A stretch of DNA of 59,261 bases from Gemmatimonadota bacterium (GTDB taxonomy: Bacteria > Gemmatimonadota > Gemmatimonadetes > Gemmatimonadales > GWC2-71-9), in contig JBDHDE010000033.1 in the NCBI GenBank assembly GCA_039591655.1, positions 1 through 59,261 of the forward strand. The letters run 5' to 3'. The notes beneath the pieces were generated by a model that saw only the letters and a list, made by a program, of their open reading frames with translations, was not told the origin of the DNA and did no database searches. The position numbers were made by a program, and so were the translations under genes. This document shows, in pieces, positions 9,219-19,818 of this stretch. Position 1 is the stretch's first letter, and each line of letters begins with the position of its first letter.

Positions 9219-10235
9219 GTGACCACCCTCCGGCTCTCGCGCGGCGCGGTGCTCCTCGGAGCGCTCGTCCTCCCCGGCGCCTCCGTCCTCGAGGCTCAGG
9301 GCGGAGGGCTCGACATCACCTACGGGCGGTGGTGGCACGACTCGTCGGCGTCCAGCGTCACCGTCGCGGCTTCCTATCACAACCGTCTCTTTGGACCCTT
9401 CGATTACGGACTGGGGATCTTCCACCTCGACGACAGCCGCTCGCCGGTCGACCGCTCCCTGAGCGGTCTCGAAGTGTCCCTCGCCGTGGGGCGCGCCGGC
9501 GGGGGACTGTACCTCGTGGGGTCCGTGGACCTCGGCATGCGGCACGACAATGGCAGCCTGGATGCCATCTGGAGCGCAGGGGCCGGCTACGGCCTCAGCG
9601 TGCTCAGCTTCATTCAGCTGGGGGTGGAGGCCCGCTACCGGATCGAGGATCAGTCGGTCGGAGGGTTCTGGCGGGTGGCTCCCGGAGAGCGACGGGGATT
9701 CTCGCTCCAGGCACGCCTCGCTCTGGGGCTCCCCGGGGGTCGCGGCGGGAGTACTCGGCCGCCCCCGGGACCGACGTTCACGCCCCCCTCCGAGACCGAG
9801 ATCTCGGATGCCGCCCACGGGGGCGGCGTGACGAATGAGTCCGCCGATTTGAGCGTGCAGGTGGTCCAGACCGCGCTGGATGTCATGGGGACCCCCTATC
9901 AATGGGGCGGCAGCGACGAGAACGGCTACGACTGTTCCGGGCTGATCCAGTACGCCTACGGCGAGCACGGCATCCTGCTGCCCCGGGTGAGCCGCGGCCA
10001 GGTCCGCACGGGAACCCTGATCGAGAAGGACGTGGCGGCGCTGCTCCCCGGGGACATCCTCGGATTCTCCATCAACGGCGGCGGCGTGAGCCACGTGGGG
10101 TTGTACGTGGGCCAGGGAACGTTCATCCACAGCGCGTCCAGCGGCGGCGTCAAGCTCTCGGGCCTCACTGGGGGCGACCCCGAAAGCCGCTGGTGGCGCC
10201 AGCGGTGGGTCGTGGCCCGCAGGATCCTGAACTGA
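9219..10235 (+). CDS. NlpC/P60 (C40) peptidase with N-terminal outer-membrane beta-barrel-like domain
   Basis: GTPYQWGG, GYDCSGLIQYAY, SHVGLYVG, FIHS; signal peptide, alternating beta-strands, Pro/Gly linker. Confidence 0.88.
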   Translation: MTTLRLSRGAVLLGALVLPGASVLEAQGGGLDITYGRWWHDSSASSVTVAASYHNRLFGPFDYGLGIFHLDDSRSPVDRSLSGLEVSLAVGRAGGGLYLVGSVDLGMRHDNGSLDAIWSAGAGYGLSVLSFIQLGVEARYRIEDQSVGGFWRVAPGERRGFSLQARLALGLPGGRGGSTRPPPGPTFTPPSETEISDAAHGGGVTNESADLSVQVVQTALDVMGTPYQWGGSDENGYDCSGLIQYAYGEHGILLPRVSRGQVRTGTLIEKDVAALLPGDILGFSINGGGVSHVGLYVGQGTFIHSASSGGVKLSGLTGGDPESRWWRQRWVVARRILN

Positions 10236-10237
10236 GC

Positions 10238-10810
10238 ATGCCCTGGATCGAGTGGATCCCCGAGCACGAGGCAACCGGCAGCCTCAAGGAGCTGTACGAC
10301 CGGTACACCGGTCGCTTCGGGGTCGACCACATTCTCAAGATCCACTCGCTCAACCCCGAGTCGCTGGAGGGACACCACCGGTACTACGACCACATCATGC
10401 GGGGGCCGTCAGGGCTGTCCCGCGCCGAGCGCGAGATGATCGCAGTCGTCGTGTCCGCCGCCAACGACTGCTTCTACTGAGTGCGCCACCACGGGGCGGC
10501 GCTCCGTCGGCACATGAAGGACGAGGAGAAGGTCGGGGCCATCGAGTCCGACTACCGCGGTGCGGCGCTGTCCCAGCGCGAGCGCGCCATCTGTGACTAC
10601 GCAGTGAAGCTCACCATGACCCCGCAAGAGATGGAAGAACGAGACGTCCATGCGCTGCGGGGTGCGGGACTGACCGATGCCGAGATCCTCGACACCTGCC
10701 AGATCACCGCGTACTACAACTACGTGAACCGCATGGCCGACGGTCTGGGCGTCGAGCTGGAGGAGTACTGGGAGCGCGTGGAGCGCTCCCGGCCGGTGCC
10801 GCCCCGCTAG
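10238..10810 (+). CDS. AhpD/CMD-like peroxidase-related protein, probable selenoprotein (TGA 10478-10480 = Sec, C78-F-Y-U81)
   Basis: Two same-frame ORFs abut at one TGA; joined sequence LSRAEREMIAVVVSAANDCFY(U)VRHH...NYVNRMADGLGV matches the AhpD CxxCxxxH core; SECIS-like hairpin follows; selC is in the window. Confidence 0.88.
10481..10513 (+). promoter_or_regulatory. Putative bacterial SECIS element
   Basis: Upper stem ACGGGGC (10491-97)/GCTCCGT (10501-07), GGC apical loop 17 nt after UGA; lower stem GTGC/GCAC. Confidence 0.7.
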
Positions 10811-10860
10811 GCTCCGGCCGCCGGCTCGGCCGCCGTTTGGACCCCCCCCGCTCCCTCCCC

Positions 10861-10890
10861 TTGACACCGGTCGGGACCACTATCTATCAT
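10861..10890 (+). promoter_or_regulatory. Sigma70 promoter of groESL
   Basis: TTGACA (10861-66), 18 nt spacer, TATCAT (10885-90). Confidence 0.75.
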
Positions 10891-10898
10891 TCTAACTG

Positions 10899-10925
10899 TT
10901 AGCACTCTAAGTGGGGGAGTGCTAC
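10899..10925 (+). promoter_or_regulatory. CIRCE element (HrcA operator)
   Basis: TTAGCACTC-N9-GAGTGCTAC, one mismatch to consensus, just downstream of the groESL promoter. Confidence 0.95.
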
Positions 10926-10976
10926 TCGTCCGTAACAAACTATTCCACAAAGACTTACGTATAGGAGACATCTGCT

Positions 10977-11291
10977 ATGGCTCCTGCCACGAAGAGCAAG
11001 GCGAAGCTGAAGATCCAGCCCCTGGGCGACCGCGTGGTCGTCCGTCCGCTGGAGGAGGCCGAGGAGATGCGCGGCGGCCTCTACATCCCCGACACGGCCA
11101 AGGAGAAGCCGCTGCAGGGCGAGATCGTCGCGGCCGGACCGGGCCGCTTCGAGAAGGGCGCCCGGGTCCCCATGGAGGTGAAGGTCGGACAGAAGGTGCT
11201 CTACTCGAAGTACGCCGGCACCGACGTCCGCATCGGCGACGACGAGGTCCTCATCATCAAGGAATCCGACGTCCTCGCCATCATCGAGTAG
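10977..11291 (+). CDS. groES: Co-chaperonin GroES
   Basis: IQPLGDRVVV, GGLYIPDTAKEKP, KYAGT, ESDVLAI. Confidence 0.98.
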   Translation: MAPATKSKAKLKIQPLGDRVVVRPLEEAEEMRGGLYIPDTAKEKPLQGEIVAAGPGRFEKGARVPMEVKVGQKVLYSKYAGTDVRIGDDEVLIIKESDVLAIIE

Positions 11292-11311
11292 CGAGGAGGA
11301 GGTTGAACTGA

Positions 11312-12949
<1,638 letters not shown>

Positions 12950-12975
12950 TAGCTCAGTTGGCTGTTACGCAGGAA

Positions 12976-13010
12976 CGAGACGCCCCGGCAGTGCCGGGGC
13001 GTTCTCTCTT
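12976..13010 (+). terminator. Intrinsic terminator after groEL (possibly bidirectional)
   Basis: ACGCCCCGGCA/TGCCGGGGCGT inverted repeat followed by TCTCTCTT, between convergent genes. Confidence 0.8.
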
Positions 13011-13039
13011 GGGGGCGCACTGAGTGCACGAGCGCCACG

Positions 13040-14029
13040 CTACTGCGCCCGCCGCACGATCGATGCGATCGTTGTGGAGTCCGCGCCAAAGAGCCCCACC
13101 TTCGGGAGCCGCCAGAGCAGCTCGATCCAGCTCTCGTCCTGAGCGAAGGCCCGCCTGAACAACGGAATCGCCTCGTCCACCTGGCCCAGATCCGCCAGCG
13201 TCACGGCCTGCCAGTAGACGAGCTCGCCGTTCGTCGCCTCGTCCGACAGGAGGGCCGCAGCCCGCCCGTAGGCAGCCAGGGCCGAGTCCACGTTGCCGGC
13301 GGTGAGGTAGTTGTCGCCATCGGTGGCAGCCCGGTAGGCGCGGGCGACCTGGAGCAGCCGCCGCAGCTCCCCCAGCGGATCGGGGGAGTCCTCCACCCGC
13401 AGGTCGTAGAGCTTCTCCCAGGATGGGGCGTTGCGGTCGCCGCTCACGACGACCAGAGCCGCCGACTGCTTGCCACGGATGTCGCCCCCTTCCGCCTCGG
13501 CGGCCTCCATGGCTGCGAGCAGGCGCTCGGCCAGATCGCCGGGAGTGGATTCGAACGCCCGGGCCATGGCGGGCCAGACTGCTTCGCTGCGCATCAGGTT
13601 GGCCTGGACCGAGTACCACCGGGCCACGTGGTTGCCCGCGGCCGGGATGTTCCGTGATCCAGTGTGCGCCGCCGCCCGCCCGGCGGCGTCGATCATCGCC
13701 ACCTGACGCACCTGGCTGTCGGGATCGGCGCGCAGCAGCGCCGCCAGAGCCTCCGGCGCGGGCACGCCGCTCCCCATGAGATAGAGGCCGCGAGGCCCGT
13801 ACGCCGGGTTCACGAAGGACTGCGTGGCCACGGCGCCGACGCCGGGCTCGGCCCATGTCACGATGGAACCCACGCTGAACCAGTGCGACTGCACGGCCGC
13901 ACCGATCTCACCGGTTGCCGAGTCGACGGCAACGATCGAATAGGTATGGAAAGGACGGAGCGGCTGCACCTGCTGCGCCGCCGCCGGCGCAGCCAGGAGC
14001 ACCAGGAATACGGGGATCACCGGCCGCAT
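13040..14029 (-). CDS. DUF1028 family (Ntn-hydrolase-like) secreted protein with C-terminal TPR-like region
   Basis: Signal peptide; TYSIVAVD, GVGAVATQS, GGDIRGKQSAAL, DLRVED. Confidence 0.85.
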   Translation of the reverse strand: MRPVIPVFLVLLAAPAAAQQVQPLRPFHTYSIVAVDSATGEIGAAVQSHWFSVGSIVTWAEPGVGAVATQSFVNPAYGPRGLYLMGSGVPAPEALAALLRADPDSQVRQVAMIDAAGRAAAHTGSRNIPAAGNHVARWYSVQANLMRSEAVWPAMARAFESTPGDLAERLLAAMEAAEAEGGDIRGKQSAALVVVSGDRNAPSWEKLYDLRVEDSPDPLGELRRLLQVARAYRAATDGDNYLTAGNVDSALAAYGRAAALLSDEATNGELVYWQAVTLADLGQVDEAIPLFRRAFAQDESWIELLWRLPKVGLFGADSTTIASIVRRAQ

Positions 14030-14111
14030 CGTAGGTCTCCTATCGGGGTATGGGGTGTGACCGGCGCCACGGCATGTGGCGCACCTGCTGGCTCATTCTT
14101 ACTTTCGGATT

Positions 14112-14516
14112 ATGAGGACTTTCTCTCTCGCGATCGCAAGCACGGCGCTGCTCGCGGCGCCGCCAACTGCTCTCGCTCAGGCCAATCCCAGCGAGAACCT
14201 GGCGGACATTACCGGCACTTGGCAAGTGGACACTCCCGACGGACCGGAGACCGTGGTGGTGCGGCCTGACTCGTCGGCGAGCTTCGGAGAGGAGACCATT
14301 CGGTGGCGTCTCGTCGCGGACACCGTCTTTCTGGCGTTCGGCGACGAATGGATCGGCTACAACTTCAAACGCCGCGGTCGGACCCTCACCCTCTCGGGCG
14401 GGGATCTGGAAGAGCCCTACGACCTCGAGCGCGTCGGTCCGCCGACGCCGCGTCCCGAGGGCGTGGAGGTCCCGCCGCCGCCACCCATGGAGCCGGGCAC
14501 CGCGGGACTGCCCTGA
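14112..14516 (+). CDS. Hypothetical secreted protein
   Basis: Signal peptide ending ALA-Q; ITGTW beta-rich domain; Pro-rich tail. Confidence 0.7.
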   Translation: MRTFSLAIASTALLAAPPTALAQANPSENLADITGTWQVDTPDGPETVVVRPDSSASFGEETIRWRLVADTVFLAFGDEWIGYNFKRRGRTLTLSGGDLEEPYDLERVGPPTPRPEGVEVPPPPPMEPGTAGLP

Positions 14517-14547
14517 GCCGCCAGCCCCGCACGCCGAGCACATACGG

Positions 14548-16689
14548 ATGACCGAATCACCAGCGACCCCCCCGCAAGAGCAGGCCGAGCGCGCCACTCT
14601 GTCGCGCGACCTGGCGGACTTCCTCATCGAGTTCTCCATCGCGCTGAACAAGCACGCGATGTATCCCAGCGGCCACCCCTCGCTCCAGCCGGCCGCCGAC
14701 CGCGTCATCTTTCGCATCGAGCCGCTGCTGGCCAACCGCGGCAGTCTCTCCCTGGGAGTGGCCCGAGACCAACTCGTGATCGAGGGGGTGGCCACCGATC
14801 CCAAGAACCCCGTGCTGGCCGACCTCGCAGCCCGGCTGCATCGCCACCATCTGGGAGCCCTCGCCTTCCGCCGTGGCGTGGAGACCGAAGAGCTCCGTGA
14901 GGTGCTACGCCTGTTGGCAACCGACGCCGACCGCACGGGAGCGGCTCTCGGCATGGGACCGCCGGAGCAGCTGACGGCGTGGCCGCACCTCCAGATGTTC
15001 CCGCTCCACTACGACCGGCTGGACCTGATCGAAGAGGAGCGACCGGAGGGTGAGGAGAGCGATGAGGCGCGCACCCGGGCGGCCCAGCTGTGGGTGGGGC
15101 TCGCCCGGGCCGCTCTCGCCGCCGTCGCCTTGGACGAGAGCGACGAGTCGCTCGATAGTGATCCGGACTCGGTGGCCAAGGCCATCGTGGAGCACGAGCG
15201 GACCGCGGCTTACGACCAGGTCATCGTGGGTTACATGCTGCAGATCGCCGAGGAGCTGCGCTCGGCCAAGGGGCGCGAGGCGGTCGAGCTCAAGAAGCGG
15301 ATGCAGAAGCTAGTCAAAGGTCTCGATTCGGGCACGCTCGAGAGCCTGGTGGACATGGGTGGCGACCGGCCGCAGCGCCGCCAGTTCATGCTGAACGCGT
15401 CCGAGGGGATGGCGGCCGATGCCATGATCGACCTGCTCACCGCCGCGGCCAATACCGAGCAGAAGCAGATGTCCCACTCGCTGCTGCGCATGTTCCAGAA
15501 GCTCGCCCAGCACGCCGAGTCGGGAAGGGGCAAGCGGAAGCTGGAGGCCGAGTCCACGCTGCGGGACCAAATGGCCGCCATGATCCAGGGCTGGTCGCTC
15601 AGCGACCCGAACCCCGACGGCTACGCGGAGGCCCTCCAGCGCATGACGTCGGCCGAGTCGGTCTATGCGGTCTCCCCGGAGCAACGCTACCGGCCTGAGG
15701 CCGAGCGGGTGTTCAAGATGGCCGTGGAGACCGACGCCATGGGCGAGCAGGTGAAGCGGGCGGTGGACGAGCTGACGGAGCAGGGGAAGCTCAAGTGGGT
15801 GCTGGATACGCTGCACGCCGAGGGGGCTCCCCAGGTGACCGACGGCGTTTGGCAGCACGCCGCCACGGCCGAGAACGTCGGACGGGTCGCCACCACCGAG
15901 CCGATCGACGAGGAGCTCCTGGACCTCATGTTGCCGAAGGTCGGCCTCTCCGCCGCCGAGCCCATGCTGGATGCGCTCGCCCAGGTCGATTCGGGTCACG
16001 ACCGCCAGTTGTTGATCAATCGGATCGTGCGCCTGGGCTCGGAGGTGGGGCCGTTGGCGATGGAGCGGATAGAGGACTCACGCCCGCATGTCGTGCGCAA
16101 CATGCTCACCATCATCGGGCACCTGCCGGAGGCGCCGGCCGGTTTCAACCCCGCGGACTACATGCGGAACGCCGACTCCCTGGTCCGGTCGGAGGCAATC
16201 CGACTCGTGCTCCACGACCCGGCGGGCCGCGAGCGCGCCATCTGCGTGGCGCTCGCCGACCCGGATGAGCGCATCGTGCGGATGGGATTGGCGGGAGCGC
16301 AGGAGGCCTGTCCCGACTCGGCCGTCTCCCTGGTCACCTCTCGTGCGACCGAGGCCAAGGACACCGGCCTGAGAGCGACCGCCGTCCGGGTGCTCGGCAG
16401 CACGAGGCACCCGCTCGCTCTGCGCACGCTCCTCACGTTGGCGGAACCGCGGCGGAAGTTCCTCTTCTGGTCGAAGCTGCCGCCCAAGACGCCCGAATAC
16501 CTGGCGGCTCTCACGGCGCTGGTGCGGCACGCCGCTGCCCCGAGCGCGCAGCGCGCCCTGGCAGCGGCCCTCAAGTCCCGCGACCTGGAGATTGTGCGGG
16601 CAGCGGCAGACACCGCGACGGAGACTCCGGCCACGGAACCGCCGGCCACAGAGACCCCGGTCTCAGGGACGTCGGAGGAGGTGCAGTGA
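14548..16689 (+). CDS. HEAT-repeat protein with N-terminal YPxGH domain
   Basis: HEAT-like repeats (HVVRNML, LVRSEAI, DPDERIVR); GTGA overlap with the HD-GYP gene. Confidence 0.8.
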   Translation: MTESPATPPQEQAERATLSRDLADFLIEFSIALNKHAMYPSGHPSLQPAADRVIFRIEPLLANRGSLSLGVARDQLVIEGVATDPKNPVLADLAARLHRHHLGALAFRRGVETEELREVLRLLATDADRTGAALGMGPPEQLTAWPHLQMFPLHYDRLDLIEEERPEGEESDEARTRAAQLWVGLARAALAAVALDESDESLDSDPDSVAKAIVEHERTAAYDQVIVGYMLQIAEELRSAKGREAVELKKRMQKLVKGLDSGTLESLVDMGGDRPQRRQFMLNASEGMAADAMIDLLTAAANTEQKQMSHSLLRMFQKLAQHAESGRGKRKLEAESTLRDQMAAMIQGWSLSDPNPDGYAEALQRMTSAESVYAVSPEQRYRPEAERVFKMAVETDAMGEQVKRAVDELTEQGKLKWVLDTLHAEGAPQVTDGVWQHAATAENVGRVATTEPIDEELLDLMLPKVGLSAAEPMLDALAQVDSGHDRQLLINRIVRLGSEVGPLAMERIEDSRPHVVRNMLTIIGHLPEAPAGFNPADYMRNADSLVRSEAIRLVLHDPAGRERAICVALADPDERIVRMGLAGAQEACPDSAVSLVTSRATEAKDTGLRATAVRVLGSTRHPLALRTLLTLAEPRRKFLFWSKLPPKTPEYLAALTALVRHAAAPSAQRALAAALKSRDLEIVRAAADTATETPATEPPATETPVSGTSEEVQ

Positions 16690-17855
16690 CCGAGGCCGTG
16701 CGGTTCCTGAACGCCCTGGCGCAGGCGCTCTCAGCCTTGGCGCTGTACCCCGCCGGACACACGACCAGGCTCAAGGCGCTGGACGCCCTCTACGAGCACC
16801 TCCAGGAGCTCCTCAAGCACGAGAAGCGTCCCCTGTTCTCGTTCCTCGGCGACGAGGTCATCTTCGGGGATCACCCGCTGCGGGAGCTGCGGGACTGGGA
16901 GTGGTGCCGGAAGCTCGCGGACCTCGGGATCCAGCGGATTCAGTTCGACGAGACCGCGACCCACGACGAGCTCGAGGAGTTCCTGGACGAGGTGTTGGCC
17001 CGGATCACCCACCAGGCCATCGACACCGCCGAGGCACGCCAGATGCGGCCCAGCGGCATCAAGTTCGGCATCGTAGGGGTGAAGGGCGAGGATCAGAAGG
17101 AGCTGGAGGAGGTCAAGACCGCGACGATCTCCTACACGCTGCGGGATGAGGCCGAGGCGGTCCGCTGGATCCACAAGGAGGTCTCCTCCCACAACGATCT
17201 TCCCCTGGCCGAGGCGGAAGCCGTGGTGCGGGCGCTCACGGTCGCGATGCACGGCGACCAGCAGATGATGTTGCCGCTGCTCAAGATCCGGCAGTTCGAC
17301 GAGTACACCACCACGCACTCGGTGAACGTCTGCACGCTCACCATGGCTCTGGCCGAATGGATCGGAATGGGAGCGCGCGACGTACGGGCGTTCGGCGTCG
17401 CGGGGCTGATGCACGACATCGGTAAGGTGAAGATCCCCCTCGAGGTCCTCAACAAGCGCGGCAAGTTCACCGCCGAGGAACGGGCCATCATGCGGGCCCA
17501 CCCGGTCGAGGGAGCGCGCATCATCATCACCTCGGAGCCGGATCTCGATCTCGCCGCAGTCGTGGCCTACGAGCACCACATCATGCTCAACGGAGAAGGC
17601 TACCCGACGCTCCACTTCAAGCGCGACTGTCACAAGGCGAGCAACCTCGTACATGTCTGCGACGTGTACGATGCGCTGCGCACCGACCGGCCCTACCGGG
17701 ACGCCTGGCCGGCAGACAAGGTCCTCGCCTACATCGAGGAGCGATCGGGGTACGAGTTCGACGGGGAAATCGCCCACGCGTTCACGCGCATGATGCGCGA
17801 GTGGGAGCCCCAGGTCACCCAGCTCGGGGAGGACGACCCGCTTCCCGAGGGCTAA
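16686..17855 (+). CDS. HD-GYP domain cyclic-dinucleotide phosphodiesterase
   Basis: YTTTHSVNV, MHDIGK, HPVEG, EHH-x-GEGYP, DVYDAL-x-RPY. Confidence 0.9.
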   Translation: MTEAVRFLNALAQALSALALYPAGHTTRLKALDALYEHLQELLKHEKRPLFSFLGDEVIFGDHPLRELRDWEWCRKLADLGIQRIQFDETATHDELEEFLDEVLARITHQAIDTAEARQMRPSGIKFGIVGVKGEDQKELEEVKTATISYTLRDEAEAVRWIHKEVSSHNDLPLAEAEAVVRALTVAMHGDQQMMLPLLKIRQFDEYTTTHSVNVCTLTMALAEWIGMGARDVRAFGVAGLMHDIGKVKIPLEVLNKRGKFTAEERAIMRAHPVEGARIIITSEPDLDLAAVVAYEHHIMLNGEGYPTLHFKRDCHKASNLVHVCDVYDALRTDRPYRDAWPADKVLAYIEERSGYEFDGEIAHAFTRMMREWEPQVTQLGEDDPLPEG

Positions 17856-18655
17856 TCCAACCCGAAGGCGTACTGCTCCTCCGCCAACTCGAACGGCGGG
17901 AGCGGCTCCTCCTGCGGCGCCACCAGGACCCTGCCTCGATACCCTCGCCCCTCCAGCGCGCAGCGTGCCGTCGCCAGAGCCAGCTCGGGACGGTTGCAGC
18001 GATCGCTGAGGTGCGCGAGCACCACCGTGTGAAGCCCCGGATGGAGCAGCTCGACCAGCAGCTCGGCGCTCTCGCGATTCGAGAGGTGGCCTCCCGGCCC
18101 CGCAATACGCTGGCGGACGTGGGCAGGGTAGGGACCCGCTCGCAGCAGGACGTCGTCGTGGTTGGCTTCGAGGATGAGCGCCGTGGCGTCGCGCAGCAGG
18201 TAGCGCACCTGTGCGGTGGGACGCCCCAGATCGTACGCGATGCCCACCCGTTGGCCGCTACTGGGTTCGGCCACCATGAGGGCGAGGGGCTCAGCAGCGT
18301 CATGACTGGTGTGGCAAGCCGTGACCGTGAGGGCGCCGATCCGTGTGCGCTCGTGGCTCGCCAGCGCCCGGGCGGGCACCTCGCCGAGGCAGCTTTCCAA
18401 CGCGGCGAGCGTCCCGGCCGAGCCGTAGATGGGGCAGGCCGCACGATGCGCGGTCCGGGCCGCTCCCCGGGCGTGATCGCCGTGCTCGTGGGTGAGGACG
18501 ATAGCCTCGAGCCGTCGCAGGTCGAAGCCGGCGGAGCGGGCCCGCCGCTCGAGGCCGCGAACCCCGAACCCGGCATCCACCATTATCACTGTGTCGCCGG
18601 AGGCAAGCAGGATCGCGTTACCGCGGCTCCCCGAGCCGAGAACCGCCACCCTCAT
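17852..18655 (-). CDS. MBL-fold metallo-hydrolase (YycJ/WalJ-like)
   Basis: LGSGSRGN, THEHGDH, SHDA, LEANHD, GHLSN, LAHLS. Confidence 0.9.
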   Translation of the reverse strand: MRVAVLGSGSRGNAILLASGDTVIMVDAGFGVRGLERRARSAGFDLRRLEAIVLTHEHGDHARGAARTAHRAACPIYGSAGTLAALESCLGEVPARALASHERTRIGALTVTACHTSHDAAEPLALMVAEPSSGQRVGIAYDLGRPTAQVRYLLRDATALILEANHDDVLLRAGPYPAHVRQRIAGPGGHLSNRESAELLVELLHPGLHTVVLAHLSDRCNRPELALATARCALEGRGYRGRVLVAPQEEPLPPFELAEEQYAFGLD

Positions 18656-19818
18656 CGGGTGGCTTGATCGTAGATACGACCCAGGGTCGCTCGCACCCCG
18701 TCGGTGACGCCCACCTGGCGCCGCGGCATGACACGGGTCGCAACTGTGAGGAATCCGTCGCGGCTCATCGTCTCCCGGTCCACGCCCCAGGCGAACGGGC
18801 GGATGTACTTCGGGGGACGGGTGACCCCGAAGACGTTGGCACCGGCACCCACCACCGTGCCGGTCTCCAGCAGCGTGCCTATGGCGATCTTGGCATGGTC
18901 CCCGAACAGCGTACCGAGGTTCTGCAGCCCCGTCTCCAAGCGCTCACCGGCCACCTCGAGTCGGATGACACCATAGGTGTTCTTGAGATCGGACGTCGTG
19001 GTACCCGCCCCGAGGTTGACCCAACGGCCCACGACGGAGTGTCCCACGAACCCGTCATGCGCCTTGTTGGCGTAGCCCAGGAGCACGCTACCCGCGATCT
19101 CGCCCCGGACCCTGCAGCGGGGCCCGATACTGCATCGCTTCACGAAGCCGCCGAGGATCTCGCACCCGGGACCCACGTACACCGGTCCCTCGAACCGCGT
19201 CCCGCCTCTCACGTGGGTGTGCTGCTCGATCACGACGGCACCCCCGCGGACGTCGAACACGACCCCCGGCTCCACTGCGGCGCCGAGGATGACGACATCC
19301 GTAGGGTCCCCTATCACCACGGATCCCTCGGGGAGGGCATCGCCAGGTTCATGCGTGAAGTCCGCCGCATCGGCGACCAGCAGGTGCTCCAGGGCGGTGA
19401 TCAGGTCATAGGCGCCGTGGAGCACCATGCCGTCAATGGGCAGCTCGGCCTCCGCCTCCCCATCGGGCTCCCACCGCTCCCCTTCAGGCACCCACCAGCC
19501 CACGGTGACGCCGTCGTTGACCAATCGTGCCACTGTGTCGGGGAGCTCCGGGCGAACGCCCGCCGGGGCGAAGGCGCTGTATCCGATGAGCGCGGGACCA
19601 TCTACCGCCGTCGCCGCCGCGACGGGCGGTACCCCGTCCTCAACGTACTCCCAGAGGTGCTCCGGGCCGAACACGGCCCGTGTCTCGCCGTCGGCGATCG
19701 CCTCCCAGCGCTCCCGAATGAGCCATGCGCCCGCCCGAAGCTCGGAGATCGGCCGACAGTCGGCGAAGGGGAACCATGCCGGCGACGCTGCCGGGTCGAG
19801 GAGATACAGATCCGTCAT
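18652..19818 (-). CDS. Putative sugar nucleotidyltransferase, GlmU-like left-handed beta-helix protein
   Basis: ELRAGA, NKAHDGFVGHS, WVNLGAGTTTSDLKNTYG; ATG 19818 overlaps the upstream gene's stop. Confidence 0.85.
   Translation of the reverse strand: MTDLYLLDPAASPAWFPFADCRPISELRAGAWLIRERWEAIADGETRAVFGPEHLWEYVEDGVPPVAAATAVDGPALIGYSAFAPAGVRPELPDTVARLVNDGVTVGWWVPEGERWEPDGEAEAELPIDGMVLHGAYDLITALEHLLVADAADFTHEPGDALPEGSVVIGDPTDVVILGAAVEPGVVFDVRGGAVVIEQHTHVRGGTRFEGPVYVGPGCEILGGFVKRCSIGPRCRVRGEIAGSVLLGYANKAHDGFVGHSVVGRWVNLGAGTTTSDLKNTYGVIRLEVAGERLETGLQNLGTLFGDHAKIAIGTLLETGTVVGAGANVFGVTRPPKYIRPFAWGVDRETMSRDGFLTVATRVMPRRQVGVTDGVRATLGRIYDQATR

Noticed and set aside
10481..10810. Separate 109-aa gene starting at GTG 10481
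   Set aside because: It has no RBS and would split the AhpD active site; Sec read-through explains it better.
16610..16665. Short TETPA/TEPPA repeat in the HEAT protein tail
   Set aside because: A degenerate low-complexity linker with no sign of separate function.
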